Below are positions 42,301 through 57,300 of a stretch of 64,000 bases of DNA, one piece after another. This DNA is from Eledone cirrhosa. Lineage: Eukaryota. The position numbers and the translations under genes are program-made. Below the pieces are notes generated by a model. That model was not told the origin of the DNA, searched no databases, and was given only the letters and a program-made list of their open reading frames with translations. Location: assembly GCA_964016885.1 (NCBI GenBank), contig OZ024743.1:219914001-219978000 (forward strand). The letters are read 5' to 3'. Within the stretch, counting starts at the first letter, position 1. Each line of letters begins with the position of its first letter.

Positions 42301-45300
42301 CTAGAAATGTGCAGGGTAGATAGCACACTGAACTGTAAATATTCAGGTAGACAACACCTTAAATTAGAAATGTGCAAGGTAGATAGCACACTGAACTGTA
42401 AATATTCAGGTAGACAACACCTTAAACTAGAAATGTGCAGGGTAGATAGCACACTGAACTGTAAATATTCAGGTAGACAACACGTTAAACTAGAAATGTG
42501 CAGGGTAGATAGCACACTGATCTGTAAATATTCAGGTAGACAACACCTTAAACTAGAAATGTGCAGGGTAGATAGCACACTGAACTGTAAATATTTAGGT
42601 AGACAACACCTTAAACTAGAAATGTGCAGGGTAGATAGCACACTGATCTGTAAATGTTCAGGTAGACAACACCTTAAAACTAGAAATGTGCAGGGTAGAT
42701 AGCACACTGATCTGTAAATATTCAAGTAGACAACACCTTAAAACTAGAAATGTGCAGGGTAGATAGCACACTGATCTGTAAATATTCAGGTAGACAACAC
42801 CTTAAAACTAGAAATGTGCAGGGTAGATAGCACACTGAACTGTAAATATTCAAGTAGACAACATCTTAAAACTAGAATTGTGCAGGGTAGATAGCACACT
42901 GATCTGTAAATATTCAGGTAGACAACACCTTAAAACTAGAAATGTGCAGGGTAGATAGCACACTGAACTGTAAATATTCAGGTAGACAACACGTTAAACT
43001 AGAAATGTGCAGGGTAGATAGCACACTGAACTGTAAATATTCAGGTAGACAACACCTTAAACTAGAAATGTGCAGGGTAGATAGCACACTGAACTGTAAA
43101 TATCCAGGTAGACAACACCTTAAACTAGAAATATGCAGGGTAGATAGCACACTGATCTGTAAATATTCAGGTAGACAACACCTTAAACTAGAAATGTGCA
43201 GGGTAGATAGCACACTGATCTGTAAATATTCAGGTAGACAACACCTTAAACTAGAAATGTGCAGGGTAGATAGCACACTGAACTGTAAATATTCAGGTAG
43301 ACAACACGTTAAACTAGAAATGTGCAGGGTAGATAGCACACTGAACTGTAAATATTCAGGTAGACAACACGTTAAACTAGAAATGTGCAGGGTAGATAGC
43401 ACACTGAACTGTAAATTTTCATGTATACAACACCTTAAAATAGAAATGTGCAGGGTAGATAGCACTCTGATCTGTAAATATTTAGGTAGACAACACGTTA
43501 AATTAGAAATGTGCAGGGTAGATAGCACACTGATCTGTAAATATTCAGGTAGACAACACCTTAAACTAGAAATGTGCAGGGTAGATAGCACACTCATCTG
43601 TCAGTATTCAGGTAGACAACACCTTAAATTAGAAATGTGCAGGATTGATAGCACACTGATCTGTAAATTTTCAGGTAGACAACACGTTAAACTAGAAATG
43701 TGCAGGGTAGATAGCACACTGAACTGTAAATATTCAGGTAGACAACACGTTAAACTAGAAATGTACAGGGTAGATAGCACACTGAACTGTAAATATTCAG
43801 GTAGACAACACCTTAAACTAGAAATGTGCAGGGTAGATAGCACACTGATCTGTAAATATGCAGGTATACAACACGTTAAACTAGAAATGTGCAGGGTAGA
43901 TAGCACACTGATCTGTAAATATTCAGGTAGACAACACGTTAAACTAGAAATGTGCAGGGTAGATAGCACACTGATCTGTAAATATTCAGGTAGACAACAC
44001 CTTAAACTAGAAATGTGCAGGGTAGATAGCACACTGATCTGTAAATATTCAGGTAGACAACACCTTAAACTAGAAATGTGCAGGGTAGATAGCACACTGA
44101 ACTGTAAATATTCAGGTAGACAACACCTTAAACTAGAAATGTGCAGGGTAGATAGCACACTGATCTGTAAATATTCAGGTAGACAACACGTTAAACTAGA
44201 AATGTGCAGGTTAGATAGCACACTGATCTGTAAATATTCAGGTAGACAACATCTTAAATTAGAAATGTGCAGGGTAGATAGCACACTGAACTGTAAATAT
44301 TCAGGTAGACAACACCTTAAACTAGAAATGTGCAGGGTAGATAGCACACTGATCTGTAAATATTCAGGTAGACAACACGTTAAACTAGAAATGTGCAGGG
44401 TAGGTAGCACACTGAACTGTAAATATTCAGGTAGACAACACCTTAAATTAGAAATGTGCAGGGTAGATAGCACACTGAACTGTAAATATTCAGGTAGACA
44501 ACACGTTAAACTAGAAATGTGCAGGGTAGGTAGCACACTGAACTGTAAATATTCAGGTAGACAACACCTTAAACTAGAAATGTGCAGGGTAGATAGCACA
44601 CTGATCTGTAAATATTCAGGTAGACAACACCTTAAACTAGAAATATGCAGGGTAGATAGCACACTGAACTGTAAATATTCAGGTAGACAACACCTTAAAC
44701 TAGAAATGTGCAGGGTAGATAGCACACTGATCTGTAAATATTCAGGTAGACAACACGTTAAACTAGAAATGTGCAGGGTTGATAGCACACTGATCTGTAA
44801 ATATTCAGGTAGTCAACACCTTAAAACTAGAAATGTGCAGGGTAGATAGCACACTGAACTGTAAATATTCAGGTAGACAACACCTTAAAACTAGAAATGT
44901 GCAGGGTAGATAGCACACTGATCTGTAAATATTCAGGTAGACAACACCTTAAACTAGAACTGTGCAGGGTAGATAGCACACTGATCTGTAAATATTCAGG
45001 TAGACAACACCTTAAACTAGAAATGTGCAGGGTAGATAGCACACTGAACTGTAAATATTCAGGTAGACAACACCTTAAATTAGAAATGTGCAGGGTAGAT
45101 AGCACACTGAACTGTAAATATTCAGGTAGACAACACGTTAAACTAGAAATGTGCAGGGTAGATAGCACACTGATCTGTAAATATTCAGGTAGACAACACC
45201 TTAAACTAGAAATGTGCAGGGTAGATAGCACACTGAACTGTAAATATTCAGGTAGACAACATCTTAAATTAGAAATGTGCAGGGTAGATAGCACACTGAA

Positions 45301-48300
45301 CTGTAAATATTCAGGTAGACAACACCTTAAACTAGAAATGTGCAGGGTAGATAGCACACTGAACTGTAAATATTCAGGTAGACAACACGTTAAACTAGAA
45401 ATGTGCAGGGTAGATAGCACACTGATCTGTAAATATTCAGGTAGACAACACCTTAAACTAGAAATGTGCAGGGTAGATAGCACACTGAACTGTAAATATT
45501 CAGGTAGACAACACCTTAAACTAGAAATGTGCAGGGTAGATAGCACACTGATCTGTAAATATTCAGGTAGACAAAACCTTAAAACTAGAAATGTGCAGGG
45601 TAGATAGCACACTGATCTGTAAATATTCAAGTAGACAACACCTTAAAACTAGAAATGTGCAGGGTAGATAGCACACTGATCTGTAAATATTCAGGTAGAC
45701 AACACCTTAAAACTAGAAATGTGCAGGGAAGATAGCACACTGAACTGTAAATATTCAAGTAGACAACATCTTAAAACTAGAATTGTGCAGGGTAGATAGC
45801 ACACTGATCTGTAAATATTCAGGTAGACAACACCTTAAAACTAGAAATGTGCAGGGTAGATAGCACACTGAACTGTAAATATTCAGGTAGACAACACGTT
45901 AAACTAGAAATGTGCAGGGTAGATAGCACACTGAACTGTAAATATTCAGGTAGACAACACCTTAAACTAGAAATGTGCAGGGTAGATAGCACACTGAACT
46001 GTAAATATCCAGGTAGACAACACCTTAAACTAGAAATATGCAGGGTAGATAGCACACTGATCTGTAAATATTCAGGTAGACAACACCTTAAACTAGAAAT
46101 GTGCAGGGTAGATAGCACACTGAACTGTAAATATTCAGGTAGACAACACGTTAAACTAGAAATGTGCAGGGTAGATAGCACACTGAACTGTAAATATTCA
46201 GGTATACAACACGTTAAACTAGAAATGTGCAGGGTAGATAGCACACTGAACTGTAAATATTCATGTAGACAACACCTTAAAATAGAAATGTGCAGGGTAG
46301 ATAGCACACTGATCTGTAAATATTTATGTAGACAACACGTTAAACTAGAAATGTGCAGGGTAGATAGCACACTGATCTGTAAATATTCAGGTAGACAACA
46401 CCTTAAACTAGAAATGTGCAGGGTAGATAGCACACTGATCTGTCAGTATTCAGGTAGACAACACCTTAAATTAGAAATGTGCAGGATTGATAGCCCACTG
46501 ATCTGTAAATTTTCAGGTAGACAACACGTTAAACTAGAAATGTGCAGGGTAGATAGCACACTGAACTGTAAATATTCAGGTAGACAACACGTTAAACTAG
46601 AAATGTGCAGGGTAGATAGCACACTGAACTGTAAATATTCAGGTAGACAACACCTTAAACTAGAAATGTGCAGGGTAGATAGCACACTGATCTGTAAATA
46701 TGCAGGTATACAACACGTTAAACTAGAAATGTGCAGGGTAGATAGCACACTGATCTGTAAATATTCAGGTAGACAACACGTTAAACTAGAAATGTGCAGG
46801 GTAGATAGCACACTGATCTGTAAATATTCAGGTAGACAACACCTTAAACTAGAAATGTGCAGGGTAGATAGCACACTGATCTGTAAATATTCAGGTAGAC
46901 AACACCTTAAACTAGAAATGTGCAGGGTAGATAGCACACTGAACTGTAAATATTCAGGTAGACAACACCTTAAACTAGAAATGTGCAGGGTAGATAGCAC
47001 ACTGATCTGTAAATATTCAGGTAGACAACACGTTAAACTAGAAATGTGCAGGTTAGATAGCACACTGATCTGTAAATATTCAGGTAGACAACACCTTAAA
47101 TTAGAAATGTGCAGGGTAGATAGCACACTGAACTGTAAATATTCAGGTAGACAACACCTTAAACTAGAAATGTGCAGGGTAGATAGCACACTGATCTGTA
47201 AATATTCAGGTAGACAACACCTTAAATTAGAAATGTGCAGGGTAGATAGCACACTGATCTGTAAATATTCAGGTAGACAACATCTTAAATTAGAAATGTG
47301 CAGGGTAGATAGCACACTGAACTGTAAATATTCAGGTAGACAACACCTTAAACTAGAAAAGTGCAGGGTAGATAGCACACTGATCTGTAAATATTCAGGT
47401 AGACAACACCTTAAACTAGAAATGTGCAGGGTAGATAGCACACTGAACTGTAAATATTCAGGTAGACAACACCTTAAATTAGAAATGTGCAGGGTAGATA
47501 GCACACTGAACTGTAAATATTCAGGTAGACAACACCTTAAACTAGAAATGTGCAGGGTAGATAGCACACTGAACTGTAAATATTCAGGTAGACAACACGT
47601 TAAACTAGAAATGTGCAGGGTAGATAGCACACTGATCTGTAAATATTCAGGTAGACAACGCGTTAAACTAGAAATGTGCAGGGTAGATGGCACACTGAAC
47701 TGTAAATATTCAGGTAGACAACACCTTAAACTAGAAATGTGCAGGGTAGATAGCACACTGATCTGTAAATATTCAGGTAGACAACACCTTAAAACTAGAA
47801 ATGTGCAGGGTAGATAGCACACTGAACTGTAAATATTCAAGTAGACAACACCTTAAAACTAGAAATGTGCAGGGTAGATAGCACACTGAACTGTAAATAT
47901 TCAGGTAGACAACACCTAAAACTAGAAATGTGCAGGGTAGATAGCACACTGATCTGTAAATATTCAGGTAGACAACACCTTAAACTAGAAATGTGCAGGG
48001 TAGATAGCACACTGAACTGGAAATATTCAGGTAGACAACACCTTAAACTAGAAATGTGCAGGGTAGATAGCACACTGAACTGTAAATACTCAGGTAGACA
48101 ACACCTTAAACTAGAATTATGCAGGGTAGATAGCACACTGATCTGTAAATATTCAGGTAGACAACACGTTAAACTAGAAATGTGCAGGGTAGATAGCACA
48201 CTGATCTGTAAATATTCAGGTAGACAACACGTTAAACTAGAAATGTGCAGGGTAGATAGCACACTGAACTGTAAATATTCAGGTAGACAACACGTTAAAC

Positions 48301-51300
48301 TAGAAATGTGCAGGGTAGATAGCACACTGAACTGTAAATATTCAGCTAGACAACACGTTAAACTAGAAATGTGCAGGGTAGATAGCACACTGAACTGTAA
48401 ATATTCAGGTAGACAACACGTTAAACTAGAAATGTGCAGGGTAGATAGCACACTGATCTGTAAATATTCAGGTAGACAACACGTTAAACTAGAAATGTGC
48501 AGGGTAGATAGCACACTGAACTGTAAATATTCAGGTAGACAACACCTTAAACTAGAAATGTGCAGGGTAGATAGCACACTGAACTGTAAATACTCAGGTA
48601 GACAACACCTTAAACTAGAATTATGCAGGGTAGATAGCACACTGATCTGTAAATATTCAGGTAGACAACACGTTAAACTAGAAATGTGCAGGGTAGATAG
48701 CACACTGATCTGTAAATATTCAGGTAGACAACACGTTAAACTAGAAATGTGCAGGGTAGATAGCACACTGAACTGTAAATATTCAGGTAGACAACACGTT
48801 AAACTAGAAATGTGCAGGGTAGATAGCACACTGATCTGTAAATATTCAGGTAGACGACACGTTAAACTAGAAATGTGCAGGGTAGATAGCACACTGAACT
48901 GTAAATATTCAGGTAGACAACACGTTAAACTAGAAATGTGCAGGGTAGATAGCACACTGAACTGTAAATATTCAGGTAGACAACACGTTAAACTAGAAAT
49001 GTGCAGGGTAGATAGCACACTGAACTGTAAATATTCAGGTAGACAACACGTTAAACTAGAAATGTGCAGGGTAGATAGCACACTGATCTGTAAATATTCA
49101 GGTAGACAACACGTTAAACTAGAAATGTGCAGGGTAGATAGCACACTGAACTGTAAATATTCAGGTAGACAACACGTTAAACTAGAAATGTGCAGGGTAG
49201 ATAGCACACTGAACTGTAAATATTCAGGTAGACAACACGTTAAACTAGAAATGTGCAGGGTAGATATCACACTGACCTGTAAATATTCATGTAGACAACA
49301 CCTTAAAATATAAATGTGCAGGGTAGATAGCACACTGATCTGTAAATATTCAGGTAGACAACACGTTAAACTAGAAATGTGCAGGGTAGGTAGCACACTG
49401 ATCCGTAAATATTCAGGTAGACAACACATTAAACTAGAAATGTGCAGGGTAGATAGCACACTGATCTGTAAATATTCAGGTAGACAACACGTTAAACTAG
49501 AAATGTGCAGGGTAGGTAGCACACTGAACTGTAAATATTCAGATAGACAACACCTTAAATTAGAAATGTGCAGGGTAGATAGCACACTGAACTGTAAATA
49601 TTCAGGTAGACAACACGTTAAACTAGAAATGTGCAGGGTAGGTAGCACACTGAACTGTAAATATTCAGGTAGACAACACCTTAAATTAGAAATGTGCAGG
49701 GTAGATAGCACACTGAACTGTAAATATTCAGGTATACAACACGTTAAACTAGAAATGTGCAGGGTAGATAGCACACTGATCTGTAAATATTCAGGTAGAC
49801 AACACGTTAAACTAGAAATGTGCAGGGTAGATAGCACACTGATCTGTAAATATTCAGGTAGACAACACCTTAAACTAGAAATGTGCAGGGTAGATAGCAC
49901 ACTGATCTGTAAATATTCAGGTAGACAACACCTTAAACTAGACATGTGCAGGGTAGATAGCACACTGAACTGTAAATATTCAGGTAGACAACACCTTAAA
50001 CTAGAAATGTTCAGGGTAGATAGCACAATGATGTGTAAATATTCAGGTAGACAACACGTTAAACTAGAAATGTGCAGGGTAGATAGCACACTGATCTGTA
50101 AATATTCAGGTAGACAACACCTTAAAACTAGAAATGTGCAGGGTAGATAGCACACTGATCTGTAAATATTCAGGTAGACAACACCTTAAAACTAGAAATG
50201 TGCAGGGTAGATAGCACACTGAACTGTAAATATTCAGGTAGACAACACCTTAAACTAGAAATGTGCAGGGTAGATAGCACACTGATCTGTAAATATTCAG
50301 GTAGACAACACCTTAAAACTAGAAATGTGCAGGGTAGATAGCACACTGAACTGTAAATATTCAGGTAGACAACACGTTAAACTAGAAATGTGCAGGGTAG
50401 ATAGCACACTGATCTGTAAATATTCAGGTATACAACACGTTAAACTAGAAATGTGCAGGGTAGATAGCACACTGATCTGTAAATATTCAGGTAGACAACA
50501 CGTTAAACTAGAAATGTGCAGGGGAGATAGCACACTGAACTGTAAATATTCAGGTAGACAACACGTTAAACTAGAAATGTGCAGGGTAGATAGCACACTG
50601 ATCTGTAAATATTCAGGTAGACAACACGTTAAACTAGAAATGTGCAGGGTAGATAGCACACTGAACTGTAAATATTCAGGTAGACAACACGTTAAACTAG
50701 AAATGTGCAGGGTAGATAGCACACTGATCTGTAAATATTCAGGTAGACAACACGTTAAACTAGAAATGTGCAGGGTAGATAGCACACTGAACTGTAAATA
50801 TTCAGGTAGACAACACCTTAAACTAGAAATGTGCAGGGTAGATAGCACACTGAACTGTAAATACTCAGGTAGACAACACCTTAAACTAGAATTATGCAGG
50901 GTAGATAGCACACTGATCTGTAAATATTCAGGTAGACAACACGTTAAACTAGAAATGTGCAGGGTAGATAGCACACTGATCTGTAAATATTCAGGTAGAC
51001 AACACGTTAAACTAGAAATGTGCAGGGTAGATAGCACACTGAACTGTAAATATTCAGGTAGACAACACGTTAAACTAGAAATGTGCAGGGTAGATAGCAC
51101 ACTGATCTGTAAATATTCAGGTAGACGACACGTTAAACTAGAAATGTGCAGGGTAGATAGCACACTGAACTGTAAATATTCAGGTAGACAACACGTTAAA
51201 CTAGAAATGTGCAGGGTAGATAGCACACTGAACTGTAAATATTCAGGTAGACAACACGTTAAACTAGAAATGTGCAGGGTAGATAGCACACTGAACTGTA

Positions 51301-54300
51301 AATATTCAGGTAGACAACACGTTAAACTAGAAATGTGCAGGGTAGATAGCACACTGATCTGTAAATATTCAGGTAGACAACACGTTAAACTAGAAATGTG
51401 CAGGGTAGATAGCACACTGAACTGTAAATATTCAGGTAGACAACACGTTAAACTAGAAATGTGCAGGGTAGATAGCACACTGAACTGTAAATATTCAGGT
51501 AGACAACACGTTAAACTAGAAATGTGCAGGGTAGATATCACACTGACCTGTAAATATTCATGTAGACAACACCTTAAAATATAAATGTGCAGGGTAGATA
51601 GCACACTGATCTGTAAATATTCAGGTAGACAACACGTTAAACTAGAAATGTGCAGGGTAGGTAGCACACTGATCCGTAAATATTCAGGTAGACAACACCT
51701 TAAACTAGAAATGTGCAGGGTAGATAGCACACTGATCTGTAAATATTCAGGTAGACAACACGTTAAACTAGAAATGTGCAGGGTAGGTAGCACACTGAAC
51801 TGTAAATATTCAGATAGACAACACCTTAAATTAGAAATGTGCAGGGTAGATAGCACACTGAACTGTAAATATTCAGGTAGACAACACGTTAAACTAGAAA
51901 TGTGCAGGGTAGGTAGCACACTGAACTGTAAATATTCAGGTAGACAACACCTTAAATTAGAAATGTGCAGGGTAGATAGCACACTGAACTGTAAATATTC
52001 AGGTATACAACACGTTAAACTAGAAATGTGCAGGGTAGATAGCACACTGATCTGTAAATATTCAGGTAGACAACACGTTAAACTAGAAATGTGCAGGGTA
52101 GATAGCACACTGATCTGTAAATATTCAGGTAGACAACACCTTAAACTAGAAATGTGCAGGGTAGATAGCACACTGATCTGTAAATATTCAGGTAGACAAC
52201 ACCTTAAACTAGACATGTGCAGGGTAGATAGCACACTGAACTGTAAATATTCAGGTAGACAACACCTTAAACTAGAAATGTTCAGGGTAGATAGCACAAT
52301 GATCTGTAAATATTCAGGTAGACAACACGTTAAACTAGAAATGTGCAGGGTAGATAGCACACTGATCTGTAAATATTCAGGTAGACAACACCTTAAAACT
52401 AGAAATGTGCAGGGTAGATAGCACACTGATCTGTAAATATTCAGGTAGACAACACCTTAAAACTAGAAATGTGCAGGGTAGATAGCACACTGAACTGTAA
52501 ATATTCAGGTAGACAACACCTTAAACTAGAAATGTGCAGGGTAGATAGCACACTGATCTGTAAATATTCAGGTAGACAACACCTTAAAACTAGAAATGTG
52601 CAGGGTAGATAGCACACTGAACTGTAAATATTCAGGTAGACAACACGTTAAACTAGAAATGTGCAGGGTAGATAGCACACTGAACTGTAAATATTCATGT
52701 AGACAACACCTTAAAATAGAAATGTGCAGGGTAGATAGCACACTGATCTGTAAATATTCAGGTAGACAACACGTTAAACTAGAAATGTGCAGGGGAGATA
52801 GCACACTGAACTGTAAATATTTAGGTAGACAACACCTTAAACTAGAAATGTGCAGGGTAGATAGCACACTGAACTGTAAATATCCAGGTAGACAACACGT
52901 TAAACTAGAAATGTGCAGGGTAGATAGCACACTGAACTGTAAATATTCATGTAGACAACACCTTAAAATAGAAATGTGCAGGGTAGATAACACACTGATC
53001 TGTAAATATTTAGGTAGACAACACGTTAAACTAGAAATGTGCAGGGTAGATAGCACACTGATCTGTAAATATTCAGGTAGACAACACCTTAAACTAGAAA
53101 TGTGCAGGGTAGATAGCACACTGATCTGTCAGTATTCAGGTAGACAACACCTTAAACTAGAAATGTGCAGGATTGATAGCACACTGATCTGTAAATTTTC
53201 AGGTAGACAACACGTTAAACTAGAAATGTGCAGGGTAGATAGCACACTGAACTGTAAATATTCAGGTAGACAACACGTTAAACTAGAAATGTGCAGGGTA
53301 GATAGCACACTGAACTGTAAATATTCAGGTAGACAACACCTTAAACTAGAAATGTGCAGGGTAGATAGCACACTGATCTGTAAATATGCAGGTATACAAC
53401 ACGTTAAACTAGAAATGTGCAGGGTAGATAGCACACTGATCTGTAAATATTCAGGTAGACAACACGTTAAACTAGAAATGTGCAGGGTAGATAGCACACT
53501 GATCTGTAAATATTCAGGTAGACAACACCTTAAACTAGAAATGTGCAGGGTAGATAGCACACTGATCTGTAAATATTCAGGTAGACAACACCTTAAACTA
53601 GAAATGTGCAGGGTAGATAGCACACTGAACTGTAAATATTCAGGTAGACAACACCTTAAACTAGAAATGTGCAGGGTAGATAGCACACTGATCTGTAAAT
53701 ATTCAGGTAGACAACACGTTAAACTAGAAATGTGCAGGTTAGATAGCACACTGATCTGTAAATATTCAGGTAGACAACACCTTAAATTAGAAATGTGCAG
53801 GGTAGATAGCACACTGAACTGTAAATATTCAGGTAGACAACACCTTAAACTAGAAATGTGCAGGGTAGATAGCACACTGATCTGTAAATATTCAGGTAGA
53901 CAACACCTTAAATTAGAAATGTGCAGGGTAGATAGCACACTGATCTGTAAATATTCAGGTAGACAACACCTTAAATTAGAAATGTGCAGGGTAGATAGCA
54001 CACTGAACTGTAAATATTCAGGTAGACAACACCTTAAACTAGAAATGTGCAGGTTAGATAGCACACTGATCTGTAAATATTCAGGTAGACAACACCTTAA
54101 ATTAGAAATGTGCAGGGTAGATAGCACACTGAACTGTAAATATTCAGGTAGACAACACCTTAAACTAGAAATGTGCAGGGTAGATAGCACACTGAACTGT
54201 AAATACTCAGGTAGACAACACCTTAAACTAGAATTATGCAGGGTAGATAGCACACTGATCTGTAAATATTCAGGTAGACAACACGTTAAACTAGAAATGT

Positions 54301-57300
54301 GCAGGGTAGATAGCACACTGATCTGTAAATATTCAGGTAGACAACACCTTAAACTAGAAATGTGCAGGGTAGATAGCACACTGAACTGTAAATATTCAGG
54401 TAGACAACACCTTAAATTAGAAATGTGCAGGGTAGATAGCACACTGAACTGTAAATATTCAGGTAGACAACACCTTAAACTAGAAATGTGCAGGGTAGAT
54501 AGCACACTGAACTGTAAATATTCAGGTAGACAACACGTTAAACTAGAAATGTGCAGGGTAGATAGCACACTGATCTGTAAATATTCAGGTAGACAACACG
54601 TTAAACTAGAAATGTGCAGGGTAGATAGCACACTGAACTGTAAATATTCAGGTAGACAACACCTTAAACTAGAAATGTGCAGGGTAGATAGCACACTGAT
54701 CTGTAAATATTCAGGTAGACAACACCTTAAAACTAGAAATGTGCAGGGTAGATAGCACACTGAACTGTAAATATTCAAGTAGACAACACCTTAAAACTAG
54801 AAATGTGCAGGGTAGATAGCACACTGAACTGTAAATATTCAGGTAGACAACACCTTAAACTAGAAATGTGCAGGGTAGATAGCACACTGTACTGTAAATA
54901 TTCAGGTAGACAACACCTTAAACTAGAAATATGCAGGGTAGATAGCACACTGAACTGTAAATACTCAGGTAGACAACACCTTAAACTAGAATTATGCAGG
55001 GTAGATAGCACACTGATCTGTAAATATTCAGGTAGACAACACGTTAAACTAGAAATGTGCAGGGTAGATAGCACACTGATCTGTAAATATTCAGGTAGAC
55101 AACACCTTAAACTAGAAATGTGCAGGGTAGATAGCAGACTGAACTGTAAATATTCAGGTAGACAACACGTTAAACTAGAAATGTGCAGGGTAGATAGCAC
55201 ACTGATCTGTAAATATTCAGGTAGACAACACCTTAAACTAGAAATGTGCAGGGTAGATAGCAGACTGAACTGTAAATATTCAGGTAGACAACACGTTAAA
55301 CTAGAAATGTGCAGGGTAGATAGCACACTGAACTGTAAATATTCAGGTAGACAACACGTTAAACTAGAAATGTGCAGGGTAGATAGCACACTGAACTGTA
55401 AATATTCATGTAGACAACACCTTAAAATAGAAATGTGCAGGGTAGATAGCACACTGATCTGTAAATATTCAGGTAGACAACACGTTAAACTAGAAATGTG
55501 CAGGGTAGATAGCACACCGATCCGTAAATATTCAGGTAGACAACACCTTAAACTAGAAATGTGCAGGGTAGATAGCACACTGATCTGTAAATATTCAGGT
55601 AGACAACACGTTAAACTAGAAATGTGCAGGGTAGGTAGCACACTGAACTGTAAATATTCAGGTAGACAACACCTTAAATTAGAAATGTGCAGGGTAGATA
55701 TCACACTGAACTGTAAATATTCAGGTAGACAACACGTTAAACTAGAAATGTGCAGGGTAGATAGCACACTGATCTGTAAATATTCAGGTAGACAACACCT
55801 TAAAACTAGAAATGTGCAGGGTAGATAGCACACTGAACTGTAAATATTCAGGTAGACAACACCTTAAAACTAGAAATGTGCAGGGTAGATAGCACACTGA
55901 ACTGTAAATATTCAGGTAGACAACACCTTAAATTAGAAATGTGCAGGGTAGATAGCACACTGATCTGTAAATATTCAGGTAGACAACACCTTAAAACTAG
56001 AAATGTGCAGGGTAGATAGCACACTGAACTGTAAATATTCAAGTAGACAACACCTTAAAACTAGAAATGTGCAGGGTAGATAGCACACTGATCTGTAAAT
56101 ATTCAGGTAGACAACACCTTAAAACTAGAAATGTGCAGGGTAGATAGCACACTGATCTGTAAATATTCAGGTAGACAACACCTTAAAACTAGAAATGTGC
56201 AGGGTAGATAGCACACTGAACTGTAAATATTCAAGTAGACAACACCTTAAAACTAGAAATGTGCAGGGTAGATAGCACACTGAACTGTAAATATTCAAGT
56301 AGACAACACCTTAAAAGTAGAAATGTGCAGGGTAGATAGCACACTGAACTGTAAATATTCAGGTAGACAACACCTTAAAACTAGAAATGTGCAGGGTAGA
56401 TAGCACACTGAACTGTAAATATTCAGGTAGACAACACCTTAAAACTAGAAATGTGCAGGGTAGATAGCACACTGATCTGTAAATATTCAGGTAGACAACA
56501 CCTTAAACTAGACATGTGCAGGGTAGATAGCACACTGAACTGTAAATATTCAGGTAGACAACACCTTAAACTAGAAATGTTCAGGGTAGATAGCACAATG
56601 ATCTGTAAATATTCAGGTAGACAACACGTTAAACTAGAAATGTGCAGGGTAGATAGCACACTGATCTGTAAATATTCAGGTAGACAACACCTTAAAACTA
56701 GAAATGTGCAGGGTAGATAGCACACTGATCTGTAAATATTCAGGTAGACAACACCTTAAAACTAGAAATGTGCAGGGTAGATAGCACACTGAACTGTAAA
56801 TATTCAGGTAGACAACACCTTAAACTAGAAATGTGCAGGGTAGATAGCACACTGATCTGTAAATATTCAGGTAGACAACACCTTAAAACTAGAAATGTGC
56901 AGGGTAGATAGCACACTGAACTGTAAATATTCAGGTAGACAACACGTTAAACTAGAAATGTGCAGGGTAGATAGCACACTGAACTGTAAATATTCATGTA
57001 GACAACACCTTAAAATAGAAATGTGCAGGGTAGATAGCACACTGATCTGTAAATATTCAGGTAGACAACACGTTAAACTAGAAATGTGCAGGGGAGATAG
57101 CACACTGAACTGTAAATATTTAGGTAGACAACACCTTAAACTAGAAATGTGCAGGGTAGATAGCACACTGAACTGTAAATATCCAGGTAGACAACACGTT
57201 AAACTAGAAATGTGCAGGGTAGATAGCACACTGAACTGTAAATATTCATGTAGACAACACCTTAAAATAGAAATGTGCAGGGTAGATAACACACTGATCT